Assembly (NCBI GenBank): GCA_964187785.1
Contig: OZ076409.1
Span: forward strand, 10,356,001-10,420,000
Length of the DNA stretch: 64,000 bases
Source: Amphiscolops sp. MND2022
Lineage: Eukaryota
Reading direction: 5' to 3'
A program made the position numbers and the translations under genes. The notes under the pieces are model-generated. The model saw only the letters and a list, made by a program, of their open reading frames with translations. It had not been told where the DNA came from and searched no databases. Below, one piece after another: positions 38,746 through 51,060 of this stretch (position 1 is its first letter; the number at the start of each line of letters is the position of its first letter).

Positions 38746-40239
38746 TAACCTCTAGCCGAATGTTAATCGGAGGAAGGGGAATGACAGTGAGCAACACGCA
38801 AGAAGTAATGGTGGCTGGACCTAATACAAGTCAGACGTGTGCGGGCGTTTTCCCAAACATAGCAAAGTATATTTCGACAAAACGTCGTGTTACGCCCCTG
38901 TCAAAGAAGACGCCCGAAAAAAAATTCAATTGTGCAAGACAATCATTGCAATCGCAGATTCACCCGTCTCCTCCTCCGCACGAAAAAGGACCAGTAGTGG
39001 ACACTCCGATCGGTCAGTCTTCAGATTCCAGTTCCAGAGCCGCCTATTACATCCAAAACACAAAGTCGTACCAGAACGTGAGTGAAGTACGTTACATCAG
39101 GTGCTTGTTTTGCGGATTTTCAGTAGATGCAACTAGGAGAGAGAATCTGGATTTCTACATGCAGAGATGTACTCCGAAAGATGAGCTCGAAACGGTGACA
39201 AGTCTGAGGATGGGACAAGGCGTATGAAAATGGAATGTTTTATTCTTAGCACCGGCAGTGTCGCAGGCTGCCGCCTGCGACGGGACAAAGTATACAATAA
39301 GCGCCAGCGAACAAGATCCAGCCCCGGATACTCTCCCTATATACTAAAACTAATAATTCACTGATGCAAATTGATATAATTCTTTTATGTTGCTACATTC
39401 TTGTTTTGAATTTTGCAAATATGGTTCTGTTGACATTCTATACTGATTAGTTAGAACTGTTGGTGGAATTGTTTGATGCGATGAATTGCAATAGAAGCTA
39501 TGAAAGCGGAAATGCTAAGCGAGAGTATAATACTGCGTAGAAGTATGGAAACGAGTTCGAATGAGCTCACGTACTTTTACGGCAACGATACTTACCAATT
39601 CCCCGGTAACCACTCATAGTTCTCTATTTTCATAGTGCAAGATAGTTATTTGCCGGTTACGGTCGTTTGACTGATTGTTCGCTGAACAACAATAGTGATT
39701 ATTCAAATTGCCGGTTTCGGCCAAATAAAGTGACAAGTAGTCAAAGCACTATGCATGCCTTATTAGTAATTGGTATTGGTGTTAGGAGTAGCCATTATTC
39801 TGTTCGTGTAGTGTTATAAGTAACTGTTTCCGGTCCTATTCCGGCTATTATTTGAAAAACAATATTGCACCTCATGGCCGTATTCGGCCACAACAATATT
39901 TAATCCCCATTCATGTAAATTGGAGTTTGCTCTGTTCAAGTAACCTATTATGGCTCGCGCGTCAGCACGTGTCTGATATTGCTGATGTGCTTTTAACCAT
40001 TTGTTGATGCTTTGAAGAATTGTTACGGCTCAGAGTAGTACGTAGTTTTATTTCAAGCTGCTTTCGAAGTGTTACGTAATAGTTTTAAAATTTTTCTCCG
40101 TTGGTTTAATGTTTCCAACCAATGAAGGTCAGGTGATTTTCACGATTGCAACAACTAACGATCATGTGACTTTCGCTTAGATGTTGTGATAACTAAACAA
40201 TTGATGAAATGTAAAAAAAGTGAGTGTCATGCCTTAAGG

Positions 40240-40940
40240 GGTATATTTATATCCAACCCCTTAAGTCTGACACAATATTTCCGAGCTAACAAATGTTCAA
40301 ACCGTTATCAAAATCATCGCTTTCCTATAAAGCCATTCAAATATTACTATCGGACGTTCTTCAGCCTCCAAGAAAGCAAAAGAGTAGGGTTTAAAAATCT
40401 TTAGAAACTGAAATGTTATCAGACATTGGAAACATGGATATAATGCTAGGTAGCAATCACTTTAAAGAGAGGAAAGCGAGCTTTGCAACTCAGTACGGAA
40501 ACCAGAAAGTCCTAGTTACAATATCTAACTAATCATGAGTCAGTTTCTCACTCTAACTCTAGGGGGAATGAAATTAGAGTTTTGCCGTTTTGCCAGATAT
40601 CGCCAGATCTCAAGAGAAGCTGATTCGAACAGTGAAATCAATAGACTGTCTGGGGAATTATGTCGAAGGATTACTCAAGTGATGAATGCTTTAGTGAGTA
40701 CTGTAAGTTCACAGATCCAGAAAGCCATAAGTGAAACAATTATTGAGCAAGTCTTGCCCAAGATTCAAGCTACTTTTACGTCCGGACAAGGACAAGTTCC
40801 TCGTAAAGGGTGGAACGTCCCGGCTGAGAAAAAGGGATGCAGATCTGAAGAAGCCTTTAGGCGCACGTTCAGGATTAGTTCAAGTGATGAGTTTCTTCAA
40901 AACCTGATTAGAGATGAGGATGAGGAGGACACTCATTAGA
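40240..40940 (+). mobile_element. LTR-like repeat family A with embedded degenerate ORF; 5' limit unknown
   Basis: TATATTTATA at 40242; RKQK...EMLSDIGNMDIMLG...EINRLSGEL...QIQKAISETIIEQVLP; ends CACTCATTAGA. Confidence 0.55.
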
Positions 40941-41129
40941 ATACTCAAAAAGTTTGTTAGCTTATACAGCATCCCGAAGAAACATCTATGGCTAAACGAG
41001 TCCAGATCTTTTTATAGCACAATGAAATGTTGAAAAAAGAAACTCCAAAAAGTGATTTTTTTTAGAAAGTACGTAACGTTTATTCTCGCAGTATCAGAGA
41101 AACAATTATAAATATGGATTAATTGAGGA

Positions 41130-41943
41130 TTTTTCGAGGTTTTTTTGATTGAAAGTGCATTTTGTTTTGGCCCCTTTTTTGCGAGAAGAGACGAAGGAAG
41201 AGAGAACAATTTAAAAGAAACGTGAAAACAATTTTAAAAATTTTTTCGTGTCTCTAATTGTATAACTGAATACTGTGTAGTCAATATACGGTTTAATCAA
41301 GGCTGGCCAAAACCGAAAAACGCGCAAACAATCGAAAACTCCATTTGTGATATATATCAACATTACATCCAAAAGCATTCGGAAAACTTTTGGAATCTTT
41401 TTCAAAACTTGAATTTCTGATAGACAGTGAAACCAGTCGACTGCTCCGAGGTATCTGGTATTTTGGGGGATGTTGCACACAGTTCGGATGTAGCTAAAAC
41501 TATTGTGTGCACTATCCATCGTTGAAAAAAAAAGAAGAATTGAAAACATTCACTCTAGGTGTCGAAAGAGCATTGAATAGATTCGGTTTGTATTTTTTCC
41601 ACCATAAAAATTTGAAAACCTACACTAAAATTGGGCGAGACTTCATTGGGTCTCCCAATCGAATACATCTTATATACTTTCAAGATACATTGAGAAAGAC
41701 TTTTACACGGTAGGTCTGATTTTTGGTTTTGAAAAAACTCAAACTCAATAAAATCAAAACCGTAACGCTGAATTCAAATTTTACAAGCTGGATTCGCAAT
41801 ATCACTTTCTATTTTAGATGGTTATACTCTTTACTGGCATGGTTTTGATAACCATATCTTCAGGAAACACCTGCTGAAAAATGAAGACGTTGCAAAACTG
41901 AAAACAAAATTGTATTTGCTCCAGGGAAAAGTATCCTGGATCG
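41130..41943 (+). repeat. diverged copy of the unclassified repeat at 5867-8385, lacking the HINE insertion
   Basis: Shared blocks AAAACCGAAAAA.CGC.CAAACAATCG and AAACACCTGCTGAAAAATGAAGACGTTGCAAA, joined through a few bases to GTATTTGC.CCAGGG with no HINE. Confidence 0.8.
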
Positions 41944-42496
41944 TCTTCGCAGTTTCTCGTCAGAAAGCGCCTAAACTATTAGACAAATGAGCAAGCTGAA
42001 TAACAAAATCAGGAATAGATAAATCACTCAAAATATGCATTGGAGTCTCCAGAAAGTTTCTCAAAAAAAAAACAACTAAGCTATATTCTTGAAACAAGAT
42101 TGACATACTGCTGATTTATTTATTGATTCTAATGCTAATTATGTTTGCAAAATTTGTACCATTTTGGAAAACGAAATAGTCGTTCAATAACGTGGTATGT
42201 ATAACATGGTTTTTCACAGTCATGGTTTTGGTGACAGTGTACTGAAGAAGCCAACTTACTTCGGCCACATCGCGTAAACTGTCAACATCTCGTGACTAAT
42301 CTTCTTTCCAACCAACAAAAACAACAGTCTGTATACTGAAACAAAATTACACAAAAAATGTGCTATTTCTGCAAGAGCTTGATTAGAGAACACGAGTTCA
42401 GAATACAAGTGCAAACTCCGCTTTTGATTTCTGGCTAATTCCGGGTTCCAAACCTCGACAGTTTTTCCAGAGATTTCAGAGAGCGATTCTTTGAAG

Positions 42497-43429
42497 ATGT
42501 CACACGTCTATTATTTACCAATCGTTTTCTTGATTTTGATTCGGGTATTCGCAGCGGATGCAGCAATGAAACCTCCAACATCTCGATCATCGGTATTTGC
42601 TGACATAAAAACTGGGAAACGTCTGGAGCTTTCTTCCCTTCTTCAAGCAACCAGTGTAAATTCTGTTTCTAAATGCGCCCTGGAATGCAACCGAAACGAT
42701 AAATGTTTATCGTTCGGGTTCTGTGACGTTGATGTGTGCCAACTGTACGATGCGGATGTCTATTCGACAGAATATGGAGAAGACATTTTGGTGAACGACC
42801 CAAAGTGCAGATACTTAGGGATGACAAAAGTCGCGAAACCAATTTGTCAACATGAAGGTCGATTTGAAGATGTGCAGAGTCAAAACAACAGTGAGTTTTG
42901 CTTGTTGAAAGAGAAACGTGTTGATCAAAAATGGGGACCGTGGATCGAAGGACCTAAATCTTACAATGGTGTTGATTGGAAAGAATACAACGTACGAGAA
43001 GTATTGGTCGAGGCAGCCCATGGAGGAACAAAAAACGATGACGTTTCAGAAAAACTTGTCTATTGGATTAAATTTGTGAACAAAAGGATGATTTGGGAAG
43101 ACGCCAGAGATAACTGCCAAAACATTGGCGGTAAATTGTTCTACAAAGTCAATGGAACTCAAACACAAATAGGATTTTTCATGGAAAAAATGAACAATTT
43201 TTCACTTTGGCTGGGAATCTACACTGAAGATCACAAAATATGGAAATCAATAGATGGTGAGTCAATAGCGCCACAGCTGCTGTTTTGGAGGTTTAATCAG
43301 CCAAATGGAGCTACCAGAGATCAAAACTGTGTATGTACTTTTCCCAAGACAGATGCAGGTATACCTTCATTGGGTTTGGGTGATTGCGCAGAAACGGCCA
43401 GGAAAAGGTCTATTTGTGATATGTTGTAA
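42497..43429 (+). CDS. secreted PAN/Apple-domain + C-type lectin protein (intronless paralogue)
   Basis: Signal-peptide-like MSHVYYLPIVFLILIRVFA, PAN CALECNRNDKCLSFGFC, and CTLD motifs WEDARDNC, LWLGI, QPN, NCVC, GDC, ICD. Co-linear with the 23752 gene. Confidence 0.87.
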   Translation: MSHVYYLPIVFLILIRVFAADAAMKPPTSRSSVFADIKTGKRLELSSLLQATSVNSVSKCALECNRNDKCLSFGFCDVDVCQLYDADVYSTEYGEDILVNDPKCRYLGMTKVAKPICQHEGRFEDVQSQNNSEFCLLKEKRVDQKWGPWIEGPKSYNGVDWKEYNVREVLVEAAHGGTKNDDVSEKLVYWIKFVNKRMIWEDARDNCQNIGGKLFYKVNGTQTQIGFFMEKMNNFSLWLGIYTEDHKIWKSIDGESIAPQLLFWRFNQPNGATRDQNCVCTFPKTDAGIPSLGLGDCAETARKRSICDML

Positions 43430-43879
43430 AACCTGCAGTTTTTAATCATTCTGAGGCACAAAAAATAATCTGAAACAATTGTACCTCAAACAGTTGTACC
43501 TCCATGATAATGTTGAACAATGACAGGATTTTTGTGTGATGATGAACAAAATGATGAACGAAGGATATGTAATTGAAAATTGCATCATGTAGTTTTAAAA
43601 CGTTATTTTTGCTTAAAGTAATTTTGAAAAGCTTCGACAGTCATCATGTCAAATCACACTTTTTTGACAAGACGAAAACTCGTGAATATATAGCGCTAGA
43701 TTTTTTCGTACCCATCTTGGTCCCTCCTTCATGAAATTTTGTTTCCCAGTATTGAACATGAGGATTCTAATAAATTCTGTTAAGGCTCGCATTTTGGCAA
43801 CTTCTGGAAAAAACTTCGAAACCAAAGTAATTTAATCATATATTAGACTGCAAATTCAACTCATGTTAGAACCTGACGG

Positions 43880-44305
43880 TGTCATGACAAAATACCAGAG
43901 TCGAAATACGAGAGGACGAAATGCCAGGAAATAAAGTACCTGAAAGTCATAGTTTTATAGAGACAAGATCTCGAAGGGACAAAATACCAGTGTAGTCAAC
44001 TTCCTATTATGTCCTGAAGGCAGGAACGAAGCGAAGCGGAGCGACTTCCCATTCTTGAGTAGCGACTGGTTTTGATGAAGACCAACCAGGTGGAATGCAA
44101 AGCGTCCCGAAAGAAAGAAGGCCGAGTTATACAACCAATATTTACCAATATTGATGGAAATTATATTTTTTAAACTTTGCTTTCCTGTCCAATTGTTGTC
44201 AATTAGTTTCACGCATTATACTCAAGTCAAGTATTTTGTCCTTCGGGTATTCCCACCTCTGGTATTTTCTCCCCTGTATTCCCCGCCCGGTGTTTGTCAT
44301 GTATC
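43880..44305. mobile_element. foldback/MITE-like element with imperfect, internally repetitive TIRs
   Basis: Left CATGACAAAATACCAG... and right ...CTGGTATTTT...GTTTGTCATG, with recurring AAAATAC/GTATTTT units. Confidence 0.5.
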
Positions 44306-45525
44306 CGATTTTAGGTTTAGGACAAAACAGCCGATTCAAAAATAAGAAAAAGGGAAAAGTAGCCACCCATGTTATTACTCCAAAACAACAGTCGTTTGTT
44401 AAACAGAAGCAGATTTTTTACCTGTGTTTTGAAATGTAACTATCTAAATACATTTGAGTCAAAAAAATTGAAGATATGGTATTCAGTTTTAGTAATCTGC
44501 CATTTGTGCTAATTGATTTTGTTCAATGCGTGTTCAATTACGTGTAAATTAAAACAATCAACTGATTTGTCCCATTCTCAAAATCGGCTCATTTCCCGCT
44601 CCCCAAGTAACAAGCTATCGAAAAGCATTTGATTATACTTTTGACATAGAAAAAATGCTTTCCCGGGACTATATATTAGGACTCATAATTTCTTCTGGAA
44701 GCGGCCACTTTTGCTGAAAGCTCAACATAATTTGAACCCATGTTTTCAAAGTATGGTTATTTCATGGAATGCATGTTTTTAAAGTATGTTTTTGAAGTTT
44801 TAAAGATGGAAAACCGAAAAAAGTCACCGTGTTAGACAGAGGAACCCTAATTTCTGCCTAATTAATGTTGACAGTGAAAATTTGTTTAAAAAGCAAGTTT
44901 TTCATAGTTTGAACAAATTATGGAAACCATTCGTTCCATAAAATGACCATAGTATGGGAAACATGTTTCTCATAAAACGACCATAGATCTTTTTGTATGG
45001 TCAGTTTATGGCTGAACTGATTTAATAAACACCATATATGACTTTTTATGATCTACATGTTTTTCGTATAGTGGTCAACCCGGGTTCACTTCTGATCCAA
45101 ATGTTTTGAAATCTCTTTTCTCATGACCAAATTGTTTTCGTCACTCCAATTAAAAAACAGTAAAAAATGCTCTTCTAAAAAGTTTGATAACAATTGTTCA
45201 GCTCAAATTAGCGTCGCCTAAATTATACCTCAGTCTACTATTCAGTTTTAATGATCATATTCATTTGGTTTTGAAATGGTATTTTGTAGGTGTGAAAGTG
45301 TGGATCCTCCTAGTACTATCAGTGAGTTATTGCATTCATTAAAATCCTTCAATTAAATTCAAGTAGAGACTGGACAATTGTTACATGACAATTCGTCATA
45401 CGCAATTTCAAACTACACATCTACAACAGTAGAAAATATTTAGTTTGTGCATCTCAACCTTCCGCAATTTCGATCTAAACTAATTTTGGCAAAAATCTTT
45501 TTTCATTTCATTACAGTACTTACGG

Positions 45526-47461
45526 CAGGGGTGTAAAAAAGATAATTTTAGCAAAGATTATCTAGATAACGGTAAATAAAATAATCAACTTTTAACACAA
45601 AGTATATAAAGATTATCTAATGCCTAGCTAACTGGTAATCTAGATTATCTTATTTTCTACTATTCCCAGGCTAGTACCAACTTTTCATTATGTTTACGTG
45701 TAACGTGAAGCATGAAATCTGTTCACGTGAAATTTGTTCACGTGTTTTTCTTGTAGCTACAGCTAGTTCAGTGTGTTTGTTTTACGCATTAACCTTTCAT
45801 TTTCTCATTTCTTTTCAAATTGGATTTAATTTGAGCTCGCTTTAAATGATGTCGATAACCAATAAACATTACGTAGATCGGTTTTTTGAGAAAGATAAGG
45901 AAAATGAAAGCTATTTCAAATGCAAAAATCCAGGAGGTTCAGTGAAACGGAAGCGACACGCGGGATCTGGGTTTGGCAATATTATTCAGCATTTACAATC
46001 AGCCCATCCAACTTATCTATCAGACTATCAAGCCAACATTTCCACGTTTGTTTATCAAAACAATGAAACAGTATTTTCAACTTTTAAGAGGATTGAGTGG
46101 ATTGTTATGGATAATTTACCTTTTATATCTGTAGAAAGCGAACGATTCCGGAAATTTCAAACATGAAATCCATATCGCGACCAACTCTTATGAAATACAT
46201 GATTTTGCTGACCCGTAAAGTGGAAGATCATTTGAAAGGCATATTACCGAATAAATTTGGCCTAATTTTTGATTCAAGGTCAATTAATTCAACCAATTAT
46301 ACAGCTATTTTCGCTTGTTATTGTCCAAATGGTCATAATTCTTATCCGTTGTTGGCATTTTCGCCTCTTTTGGACGAAACGTCTCATTCGGCCGAAAAAT
46401 AATGTGATTTTCTAAAATTTGTCTAGGAATGATACGGTAGAAAATGGAACGACATTTTATTTGTTATATGCGATAATTGTAATACTAATAAAGCCATTGC
46501 GGACAAACTTATGGTACCTATGATTGGATGTGCCTCTCATCGATGTAATTTAGCAGTGAAAGAGTACTTGATTTCGAATAATTATGAAAATGTGATTGAA
46601 AAAGTGAATGATCTCATGAAAAAATGTAGAACAATGAAGGCAGCTGCAACAATACGTAAAAACCGCCATTAAAAGCGATTACTCGGAATTATACTCGTTG
46701 GTCTTCAACTAATTCTATGATTCAAAGATATTTGGAGATACATCAGTTTCTTGACGATGGTGATGATTCGGAAACAACAGAATTCCTTTTGGGTCCTGTT
46801 GTTCATAGAAAAATTAAAGAACTATCGTCAATTTCACAGGATTTTGAGTCCGCTACACTAGCTCTACAAAACTCGACACGAAGGAATTTGCATGCAATTT
46901 GGTGTCTTTTCGATGGGGTTATAGCAGGAAACTCATCGATGAGAAGCTATCTTGGTTCCGACGCACATATCGTTCACAGTAAAGAGTTTGAAGCTGCAAT
47001 TGCAAAATAACAAGAAGGATCGACAGATTTGACACCTGAAGAAACAGTTTCTGTCTAAAAAATTAAATGCATCAATGATTCTTCAGAAGTATTAGTCCTT
47101 CCTAAAAATACTTCTCTGGGCGAAAGGGCGCTTTCAGAACAAGTTGGGAAAAAGTCCAATATTTCAATATTCAAGATATTATTGGCACGTCGAATATTGC
47201 TGAACGACTGTTTAGTGTTGCTGGGAATATATTTACGCCATCGAGATCATCAATGTGCCCAACAACAATAGAAGAAACCCTTTTTTTAAAGGCAAATGGC
47301 AAATTCTGGGACATTAAAATGGTATGTGATATCATTGATTTGTAAATGGATTATTTAAAATAGTCTTAATAATCTAGATAATCTTAATAAATCAATGTTG
47401 GGTAATCGGTTATCGCTTTTTCGCAAAGATAATTTTGGTGACAAGATAACCTACACCCCTG
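45526..47461 (+). mobile_element. hAT DNA transposon, full-length (1936 bp)
   Basis: Perfect 10-bp TIRs CAGGGGTGTA/TACACCCCTG, perfect 8-bp TSD ACTTACGG on both sides, and subterminal GATAA/TTATC repeats. Confidence 0.97.
45846..47345 (+). pseudogene. hAT transposase, intronless, disrupted
   Basis: Degenerate BED finger, FGLIFD, ICDN, GCASH (CxxH), TRWSST, SNIAERLFSVAG and ETLFLKAN..FW, with several stops and frameshifts. Confidence 0.9.
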
Positions 47462-47732
47462 ACTTACGGTATTGAACTAACCAGGTCTAATTAATGGCAC
47501 TATTAGATTTAAAAAGCCGCGTGTAATAAAAATGGCGAACAATTAGGCATATTTGATTTCAGAATAGTATGAAAATGAAAACTATCTAAAATAATTATAT
47601 TACCAGGTGAGATCCATTAGCCAAAACTAGTTCAGGTCGCAAAGATCAGTTTAGCAGGTATAATTGCAAAAGTTTTGTAAATTTTAAAAAAAATCATAAT
47701 ACTAGCTATTTCTTTCGAAGTGACTATGTCTA

Positions 47733-48294
47733 CCCTAGTCGAGATTGCTTGAACTTTTCACATGCTGCATGGAAACATGCAGACTAATTTTTTTACAAAA
47801 CATGGAAAATTTCGGGAGCCTGCATGGAAACATTTTGTAGGATTACAATGCAGCCTCCACTATTTGAAAAAAAAACTGAAAACAATTCCACATCTTCACT
47901 GCCGTGATCACCTAGTTTTCATGCTTAAGTTTCTCTAGTAAGTACCTTATGTAATCACCGTTAGTCAAATATCACGTTGAATATGACGCTAGTTTGAAAT
48001 TTATATTGTGATTGAAGTTTATTTGCAGTAAAATCGCGGTAATATTGATGATTAAAGCAGCAGTCTAAGCTGCTTCTAAAATTAGAATGACGTCTTAGTG
48101 AAACCTGTAAGACTTTGCGGCGCAGAATTCCCGCCAAATTCAAATGGCATTTTATAGGCAGCTATTGATAAAATTGAATCGAATCATTGAAGTTTTAATG
48201 CATGGACGTTTCTTTGAGAATTTTGTAAAATCATGGAAAATTAGCTTGGTAACCTACAAAATCATGTAAAAAGTTCAAGCAGTTCCAACTAGGG
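47733..48294. mobile_element. MITE with ~32-bp imperfect TIRs and TA target duplication
   Basis: TA-CCCTAGTCGAGATTGCTTGAACTTTTCACATG ... CATGTAAAAAGTTCAAGCAGTTCCAACTAGGG-TA. Confidence 0.8.
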
Positions 48295-48634
48295 TAATCA
48301 AGAGTTACCTGAGAAAAAAACTGAATTACCTGAGAATTCATTCAATTGAACAGCATCAATTCATTTTTCTGCCGGTCTTCAGTTTGCAGTTTTGGCAAAA
48401 TACGAACTGGAAACATGAAAGACACTGGTTTTTAGATAGCACTTTTTGTAGATTAATGATCCTGGTACTATTGTGATGGTATGGTTTCTCCAGGCCACAA
48501 AGCTGACACAGAGAAGTCGTTTAAACACTTTACGCATATTTTATAAAGAGTATCCAAAAATGACAAAGGGTCGCTTTTGAGGAACAAAGGCTCCAAATAG
48601 GGTTTTCCGGGAGTAAGCTAAGAAAAAATTCGTA

Positions 48635-48808
48635 CAGTGGATCCCGGGTATAAGAAACCCTCTTATAAGAAATACCCGCTTGTAGTCAATTCGTATCTTT
48701 ACCCCGACTGTCAATTCAATTCTTTTCTAAACCCGCATGTAAGAAATTTCGATTATAAGAAACATCCTTAGTCTTTCTGCTGACGTTGATTATATCCGGG
48801 ATCCACTG
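48635..48808. mobile_element. Tc1/mariner (pogo/Tigger-like) MITE, 174 bp
   Basis: TA-CAGTGGATCCCGGGTATAA ... TTATATCCGGGATCCACTG-TA. Confidence 0.85.
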
Positions 48809-49204
48809 TACTACCAAAATGTCCCATAACAGTTAGGAAGAGCTGTATCTTGATTTCAAAGGGTCTCATTTGAACATTTGTGACTTTTCGAATATCTCAG
48901 TAACAGCCGTTCATAGAAAATAGAAAAGTTTACAATGTAATATTTTTTCCACAACAAAAAACAGGAGTAAAAGATCCAAAAATACGCGGAATGGTCAGAG
49001 GCTCTTCGAGTCCCCGCTCGGCGAAACTTTCCTAACAAACGTTGTTCAAACCCAATCCGAACAGTTTTTAGTCAGCGCTTTTCATAAAACACAGAGGCGA
49101 AGCGGTGCTTCGCAACACATGACGAAGACATTATTTTAATATGCGTATATATATTATTTTAATCGCATGCGTATATATTCAACAGTTCAACTTTGTTCAA
49201 TAAC

Positions 49205-49276
49205 GTCCCTATGGCACAGTGGTCAACACTTATGCCGTGCAATCGGGAGGCTGCAGGTTCGAATCTCTCAGGGGTT
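49205..49276 (+). mobile_element. tRNA-derived SINE-like head or tRNA pseudogene
   Basis: A box TGGCACAGTGG and B box GGTTCGAATC at tRNA spacing, but the anticodon arm and T stem are imperfect. Confidence 0.55.
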
Positions 49277-49369
49277 TTGGCTTTTGTCTAAAAGGCGCTC
49301 ATTATGAAGTTGACTATTGTGGAAAAAAAACTTTCTTAGCTGGACTGCAATGCACATTGACTTCGTCAT

Positions 49370-49818
49370 GTGCAAAAACAGCCCGACTACTCCAGTCACT
49401 CGTTTTTTTCTTCACAACAGACTCAAAGCGACGAACGTTAACGTTCAGTATGTTCAACTAAAAAAACTAAACGAATACCAGGGAAACGCATCCACGATAT
49501 TCCAAAGGGTCTCCCCCTATGGTTTTTTACTTTTTAAACGTAACCTACAAAACCGGACGGGACTAAAGGGTCCCTTTCGATTCTTTTCGGCACTGTGCAA
49601 CTTTTTTCGATTTTTTTGTCTCCAAAGGGTCACCTCTTTGGTTTTTTACTTTTTAAACATAGCCTACAAAACCGGATGAGTGTAAAGGGTCCGTCCCCCT
49701 TTCGGTTTTTTCGGCACTGTGTAACTTTTCCGATTTTTTTGTCTCCGAATCTTATTTGAGCCTTCAATTTTATTTGAGCCTTAGATATAGCGCCGACTTG
49801 AGACGTTCCAGTCTTGTT
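49370..49818 (+). mobile_element. DINE-1/HINE-like element (5' end degenerate)
   Basis: Similar to 54412-54923; ends GCGCCGACTTGAGACGTTCCAGTCTTGTT. Confidence 0.65.
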
Positions 49819-50354
49819 ACATCATTAAAGCCTTTCTTATCCTAAGAGTAGCTGAATTTTTAGTAAAAACAAACTGAAAAGTTGCGCGTTAATTATGATA
49901 AATGACGTGCTTATTCTGGAAATAAATCGTTTGAGCTTAATTTTTGATTTTTTCAGACAGTATAAAGTTCAATTGTGCAACCAATTGAATGTTTTCCCCA
50001 AGTTCTTTTCAATGATTTCCTTTTGATGACAGTCCGATTGTTATTTGGTGGCATTAGGTTCTTCCAAACATCTGGTAATATAAATTTAGTTTTTTTTTTA
50101 CTTGGTGATCGTAATACGTAGACATGGACTCAAGCTCAAGATTTTCTCCTTAGCAAGTTCTAATATAAATAACTCGAATGCAGTCAAAATTTTGTTCTGT
50201 AAATATATCAGACAAAGAACCAAATTTCTTTATGAAAAAAATGCTTATGATTCTCCGTTGGGCCGCTTCCACTTTTTGCTTGGCTGCTAACAAGACGCCC
50301 GCTAAGCACCGGGATATTTTCCTCCCTTTTCGCCTTCAACACTTGAGCTATAGC

Positions 50355-50510
50355 TATTTTGGGAGGGGTATAGGATCTAAATAATAAGATCTAAAATTTA
50401 ATGATTTTAGATCTTATTCCCTTTAGATCTTTTTCCCGTCCTGAAATTTTAAATCTTATTCCCTTTGGATCTTAATCCCATTTTTGACTTTAGATCTTAT
50501 TCCCCCCTCC
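50355..50510. repeat. short array of TTTAGATCTTATTCC-like units in direct and inverted orientation
   Basis: Directly visible. Confidence 0.7.
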
Positions 50511-50699
50511 TACGAAAATAGTCAAGTAACTAAATAGTCAAGTAGTTAAATAGTCAAGTGATGGAGCGTGGAGATTTGGCAGAATTTGGAAAAAAACGCA
50601 ACACAGATGATTTTCCTCCCCATTGAAAATGTGGGTCGGAAAATATTTGATTTAGCGAAGGAGTTATAAACAAGGAGGCACTTTCGAGGATAATCACGG

Positions 50700-51060
50700 G
50701 TAAATTAGCCCACAAAATTTTTCAATTTCTTCACAACTTGTTCAATATTTTCGCGAAACGTCAGATTACAATCTAACTGTTTCCCCAGGTATTTACAAGA
50801 ATTTTTATAGGGCAGTTCTTTACCAAGTATTTAAACCTTGTTTGGTTTTCATGAGCCTGCTTCAAATTAGTCAACATTAACGGTAATTTTTTTGTTGTAA
50901 ACCACACAATTGTTCTGTCCAAATCTGATTGTATCATTGGTATTTCTTGTTTTATTCCCGAGCTATGTATTGTAGCATCATCAGTAACTATCAATGTCTT
51001 TCTTTGCCATTTATCGAAGTCATTAATGTACAAGATGAAGAGTAGCGAAGCTAGCACCGA
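50700..51060 (-). pseudogene. LINE reverse-transcriptase fragment
   Basis: LLFILYINDF...TDDAT...IQSDLD..WF, followed by KYLG in another frame. Confidence 0.65.

Noticed and set aside
44660..45085. Possible MITE bounded by CCCGGG
   Set aside because: TIR match is partial and no TSD is evident, so it is too degenerate to call.
49205..49276. Functional tRNA gene
   Set aside because: The anticodon arm and T stem do not pair properly; more consistent with a SINE head or pseudogene.
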